Positions 60,755-64,000 of a stretch of 64,000 nt of DNA are shown here, in pieces. Within the stretch, counting starts at the first letter, position 1. Every line of letters starts with the position of its first letter. The notes under the pieces were generated by a model that was given only the letters and a program-made list of their open reading frames with translations, searched no databases and had not been told where the DNA came from. This stretch comes from Spirochaetaceae bacterium. GTDB taxonomy: Bacteria > Spirochaetota > Spirochaetia > B11-G9. Both the position numbers and the translations under genes were made by a program. The stretch is taken from assembly GCA_015493635.1 (NCBI GenBank), contig WGCU01000077.1:23153-87152 (forward strand). Reading direction: 5' to 3'.

Positions 60755-60773
60755 ATATACTCCTATAAATAAT

Positions 60774-60887
60774 TTAAAAGGACAAAAAAAATACCGGCAA
60801 AAAAGCCGGTAAACAATTCACAAAAAAAGAGGAAATACCATCCCCATCAAAAATGATGTCTGGTTTTTTCCTCTTTTCTCTCTCCAT
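60774..60887 (-). CDS. Putative pyr leader peptide (37 aa) spanning two hairpin/U-tract elements
   Basis: ATG at 60887 lies just after the predicted start site; MEREKRKKPDIIFDGDGISSFFVNCLPAFLPVFFLSF*; ends 20 nt before the pyrB ATG. Confidence 0.5.
   Translation of the reverse strand: MEREKRKKPDIIFDGDGISSFFVNCLPAFLPVFFLSF
60784..60811 (-). terminator. Intrinsic terminator / attenuator in the pyrB leader
   Basis: Minus strand TACCGGC-TTTTTT-GCCGGTA followed by T8. Confidence 0.75.
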
Positions 60888-60898
60888 CTTGAAAAGAA

Positions 60899-60927
60899 AT
60901 TGTAAAGAATGTCGGGCAGGGTGTAAA
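60899..60927 (-). promoter_or_regulatory. Sigma70 promoter TTTACA-17-TACAAT for the pyr operon
   Basis: -35 at 60927-60922, -10 at 60904-60899. Confidence 0.65.
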
Positions 60928-60991
60928 GACCCTGCTCCCGATTTGGTTAAACTTTTTTGATTAATCTTGATCATCCCTGAATATTGCCACT

Positions 60992-62839
60992 CTAGATATA
61001 GTAACCGTCTTGAATAGCATCCTGTGCATCTCCCACTATTCTTGCATCACCTATAACATGCACCGGCATTGTTTCAGACAGTTCTTTCCCAAGAGGATTA
61101 TTGGACTTCATCCCTGAGGAAACAATAATAAGATCTATATTTTGAAAGACAATATCCTTATCATTCCTTTTTGCATAAACAGTGCTCCCCTCAATCTTTG
61201 AAATATGGGTGTAATCACTGAAAATAACACCTTTCTCCTTCATCTCTTTCAGAGAAAGCTTCTTGGATATCATCTCCATGTCCTGACCGAAATCGGTAGA
61301 ACGCTTTACAATGATAATATCATTGTTCTCCGGAAGGAGAGCTGTCGCTATATCAACGCCCGTCAGTCCTCCTCCGATTATAAGAACCCTTTTATTTTTT
61401 GGAAGTTCACTGTCCAGAAGGATATCAGCCCCCCTAAAATCATTTAGCCCCTCTATCGGCGGAATTGAAGGGACAGCTCCGGTTGCAAGAACAACAGCAT
61501 CATACTTCCCCTCCAGATCCTCTTTTGTTGCTTCCTTTGAGATACTATGTACACCGGTTCTCTCCATTTCCATCACGTAGAAAGGGATGAGCCGCTCCAT
61601 TGATCTTTTATGAGGAGTTTTTGAAGCCATTATGAACTGACCGCCAAGCCTATCCTTTTCATACAAGTCTACCAGGCACCCTCTTGAGGAAAGCTGTAAA
61701 GCCGCTTCCATTCCCGCGGGTCCGCCGCCTACAACAGCATACCTTTTCTTTTCCTTGCATTCTTTTCTTTCAGGAACCTTCTGACCAACAGATGGGTTCA
61801 CAAGACATCCCAATCCTTTACCCGCTTTTACTCCGCCAAGACACCCCTGGGCACACTCCATACACGGACGTACGGCCCCTGGAACCTTGCCGGTGTACTT
61901 TCCGATAAAGTCGGGATCTGCGACAAGAGCTCTGCCGGCTGCAATATAATCAGCATGAAACTCATGCTTTAGTCTGTCGATATCCTCCCCTGTGTTTACC
62001 TTTCCCACAAAGATAACCGGTACCGTTACTTCCTTCTTTATCTTTCCTGCCAGCTCCCATGTTTTTCCCTTGGGCACAAACATATGCTGAAAGAACCACG
62101 GCGGAGTTGAGCAGAGACTTCCCGCAGAGACATGAAGTGCGTCGGCCCCTCTTTCTTCCAGGAGCCGGGCAAAGGTGACCATCTCCGGAAGCTTGATACC
62201 GTCGGGAATCATCTCGTCAGCACTCATTCTTACGATAACCGGGATGGAAACCGCCTGCTTAACAGCATTGAGAATCTCAAGGGGAAACCGTACTCTATTC
62301 TCAAAACTACCGCCGTACACATCATCCCGGCCGTTTACCTTGGAAGAAAGGAACTGTGCGGCAAGATATCCGTGCCCGAACTGAAGCTCTACAATATCAA
62401 ACCCAGCCTTCTCTGCACGTATTGCAGAAGTTACAAAGAGACTAACTATTCCTTTGATCTCTTCAATGGTCAGCTGTTTTGGTACCGGCCCGCCTGCTTC
62501 ACATGCTGAACCGTATGAAGATACAAAATAGTTGCCGGATATCTTGGGATTTGCCATCCTTCCCGGATGGTTCAGATGTGCTATTACCTTCGTTTCTGTC
62601 TCCTGAATCATGGATACAAGAGCTGAGAGACCTTCAATTTTATCATCATTGTCAATACCAAGCTGGGTCGGCACTTCTCTTAACCCCTTGTCCATATACA
62701 GCGGTTCCAGAGCTATGGCGCCAAGGTACGTTCTTCTTTCCCGGTAAAAATCAAAATGTTTCTCCGTGACCCTTCCGTCACCTTTCGTATATCCCAGTTT
62801 CACCGGGGGCATGATAAATTCATTTTTTAATGATAACAT
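60992..62839 (-). CDS. NADH:flavin oxidoreductase (Old Yellow Enzyme / dienoyl-CoA reductase-like, Fe-S)
   Basis: HLNHPGR, AGFDIVELQFGHGYL, NGRDDVYGGSFENR, PCMECAQGC...CLVNP, VGGGPAG, IIGGGLTG, IGDA. Confidence 0.88.
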   Translation of the reverse strand: MLSLKNEFIMPPVKLGYTKGDGRVTEKHFDFYRERRTYLGAIALEPLYMDKGLREVPTQLGIDNDDKIEGLSALVSMIQETETKVIAHLNHPGRMANPKISGNYFVSSYGSACEAGGPVPKQLTIEEIKGIVSLFVTSAIRAEKAGFDIVELQFGHGYLAAQFLSSKVNGRDDVYGGSFENRVRFPLEILNAVKQAVSIPVIVRMSADEMIPDGIKLPEMVTFARLLEERGADALHVSAGSLCSTPPWFFQHMFVPKGKTWELAGKIKKEVTVPVIFVGKVNTGEDIDRLKHEFHADYIAAGRALVADPDFIGKYTGKVPGAVRPCMECAQGCLGGVKAGKGLGCLVNPSVGQKVPERKECKEKKRYAVVGGGPAGMEAALQLSSRGCLVDLYEKDRLGGQFIMASKTPHKRSMERLIPFYVMEMERTGVHSISKEATKEDLEGKYDAVVLATGAVPSIPPIEGLNDFRGADILLDSELPKNKRVLIIGGGLTGVDIATALLPENNDIIIVKRSTDFGQDMEMISKKLSLKEMKEKGVIFSDYTHISKIEGSTVYAKRNDKDIVFQNIDLIIVSSGMKSNNPLGKELSETMPVHVIGDARIVGDAQDAIQDGYYI

Positions 62840-62905
62840 ATACAACACTCCATATATGAAATTTGCGATAGTATATCACTAAATGCTGTTTTCGGGAAAG
62901 ATTAA

Positions 62906-63712
62906 TTACGTCTTTATCCGATACAGCTCTTCATAGCTTAAATCGGGGTGGATGCCAAGCCGGGAAAGGCTGAAATCGAAACGTACAGGATCGGTTTTAT
63001 CAAATGCCCGCAATGCTTCGGTTATTTCAAGGGCCGTTTTCATATCCGCCTGCTGCCTGCGGGTAAGCCTTAGAATATGGCTTATCTGCATAATGTGAGT
63101 ATCGAGAGGAATAATGAGAATCTCAGGAGAAAGGGTTTTCCACGTTCCGGGATCTATTTCATCACAGCGGATCATCCACCGGGCATACATGTTGAGCCGC
63201 TTTACAGCACTTCCCTTTTCAGGGTCAGGAAGAACACTGCGGGTGGTTCCCGTTTCTTTTCCTATGCTCCGTACAAGAGAAACAAGCCCTGACAGAAGAG
63301 GATACGGTGCCGCATTCTTTCCACTGCTTCCGCTTAGAAAACAATTTTCAAGAGATCCAAAATACAAAACAGTTTTTTTTATTCCTTCAAGAAAGTCAAC
63401 AAGACTGGCGGATGGATAAAACCGATATTTAAAATCTTTAAACAGGAGGTTCAACGCGGCTCTATCGGTTGCTAAAAGATCCTTTTTCAGGGAAGGAAAC
63501 GGTGCAAGAATGCTCCTGACAGTTTTTAAAATACTTCCGACTCTGCCGGTAGCAAAAGATGCGGCAACTAACCCTGCTATCTCCTGATCCTCCGGAGCCG
63601 GGTAGCGGAGAACCAGTTCAAGAGGATCCGGATGAATAAACTCCGGTTTATGATATTTTTGATATATGGTTTCCAGGATACGGGAGATTATACGGATCCG
63701 CTCCCGTTGCAT
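62906..63712 (-). CDS. TIGR02757/DUF2400 family protein (HhH-GPD-like)
   Basis: IHPDPLE, DQEIAGL, SAVKRLNMYARWMIR...DPGTW, IPLDTH, DPVRFDFSL. Confidence 0.85.
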   Translation of the reverse strand: MQRERIRIISRILETIYQKYHKPEFIHPDPLELVLRYPAPEDQEIAGLVAASFATGRVGSILKTVRSILAPFPSLKKDLLATDRAALNLLFKDFKYRFYPSASLVDFLEGIKKTVLYFGSLENCFLSGSSGKNAAPYPLLSGLVSLVRSIGKETGTTRSVLPDPEKGSAVKRLNMYARWMIRCDEIDPGTWKTLSPEILIIPLDTHIMQISHILRLTRRQQADMKTALEITEALRAFDKTDPVRFDFSLSRLGIHPDLSYEELYRIKT

Positions 63713-64000
63713 TTGGCACAAAGACCGGTATATTCCAGGGTTATTCCTTCCACCTTTCTGTCTCCGGCCCACTGGTTCATGGTACCTGAGGAAACAACCG
63801 AATCTATATCAAAGGGGAGGTCTTCAATTGCCCCGCATTTTACACATCGGAAATGAGGATGTTGAGATACAACAGGATCGAATCTCTTCTGCCCGTCTTT
63901 ACCAGAAAGCTTCAAGATTATACCTGCTTCGGATAGTAACTCAAGATTTCTATACACCGTTCCCAGACTGATACGGGGAAGTACCTTACGCACTTCCGCG
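63688..64000 (-). CDS. Fur/PerR family transcriptional regulator (5' end outside window)
   Basis: ISLGTVYRNL, RFD, HPHFRCVKCG, GLCAKC. Confidence 0.9.
   Translation of the reverse strand, partial: AEVRKVLPRISLGTVYRNLELLSEAGIILKLSGKDGQKRFDPVVSQHPHFRCVKCGAIEDLPFDIDSVVSSGTMNQWAGDRKVEGITLEYTGLCAKCNGSGSV

Noticed and set aside
60912-60941. Hairpin TCGGGAGCAGGGT...ACCCTGCCCGA as a separate ncRNA
   Set aside because: Short and overlapping the -35 box; it could be a weak terminator for the upstream gene, but nothing supports an RNA gene.
60774-60974. Full 66-aa version of the pyr leader ORF, and a PyrR-binding loop
   Set aside because: The upstream ATG lies before the predicted promoter, so the 37-aa form is preferred. 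No PyrR consensus (ARUCCNGNGAGGY) is seen.
1-64000. CRISPR arrays, tRNA/rRNA genes, IS elements, prophage or anti-phage defence genes
   Set aside because: No regularly spaced repeats, cloverleafs, transposase, integrase or defence-domain motifs were recognised; intergenic gaps are short.

Overview
Gene-dense 64 kb bacterial segment, probably from an anaerobic spirochaete (inferred from the 'LFATGKKEE' type solute-binding leader, the PyrB-PyrI and PyrD-PyrK fusions and spirochaete-type hypotheticals). No tRNA, rRNA, CRISPR array, transposase or phage gene was recognised. From 1 to 19 kb: housekeeping, envelope and salvage genes (ddl, dinB, trmL, proC, serS, a dedicated ECF transporter, pncB, a NeuB/SpsE synthase). 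From 19.4 to 22.3 kb: an anaerobe oxygen-defence operon (rubrerythrin, desulfoferrodoxin, a rubredoxin missed by the ORF track, a flavodiiron protein) under a PerR/Fur-like palindrome. From 22.4 to 28.9 kb: a DUF1007/RcnA-type metal pair, a Ugp-like ABC importer ending in an atypical mevalonate-kinase-family gene, and a DOMON protein. From 29 to 41 kb: a soluble two-component system whose kinase has a Rossmann-fold input, next to a complete hypFCDEAB plus group 3b [NiFe]-hydrogenase operon with fused beta-gamma subunits. From 41 to 61 kb: a visibly GC-richer block of convergent de novo purine and pyrimidine operons. The pur operon has a guanine riboswitch that appears to act on translation. 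The pyr operon has a leader resembling an E. coli pyrL-style UTP-sensing attenuator built on a near-leaderless 37-codon ORF. Several genes appear to be transcribed as leaderless mRNAs. All calls come from reading motifs by eye; no searches were run.
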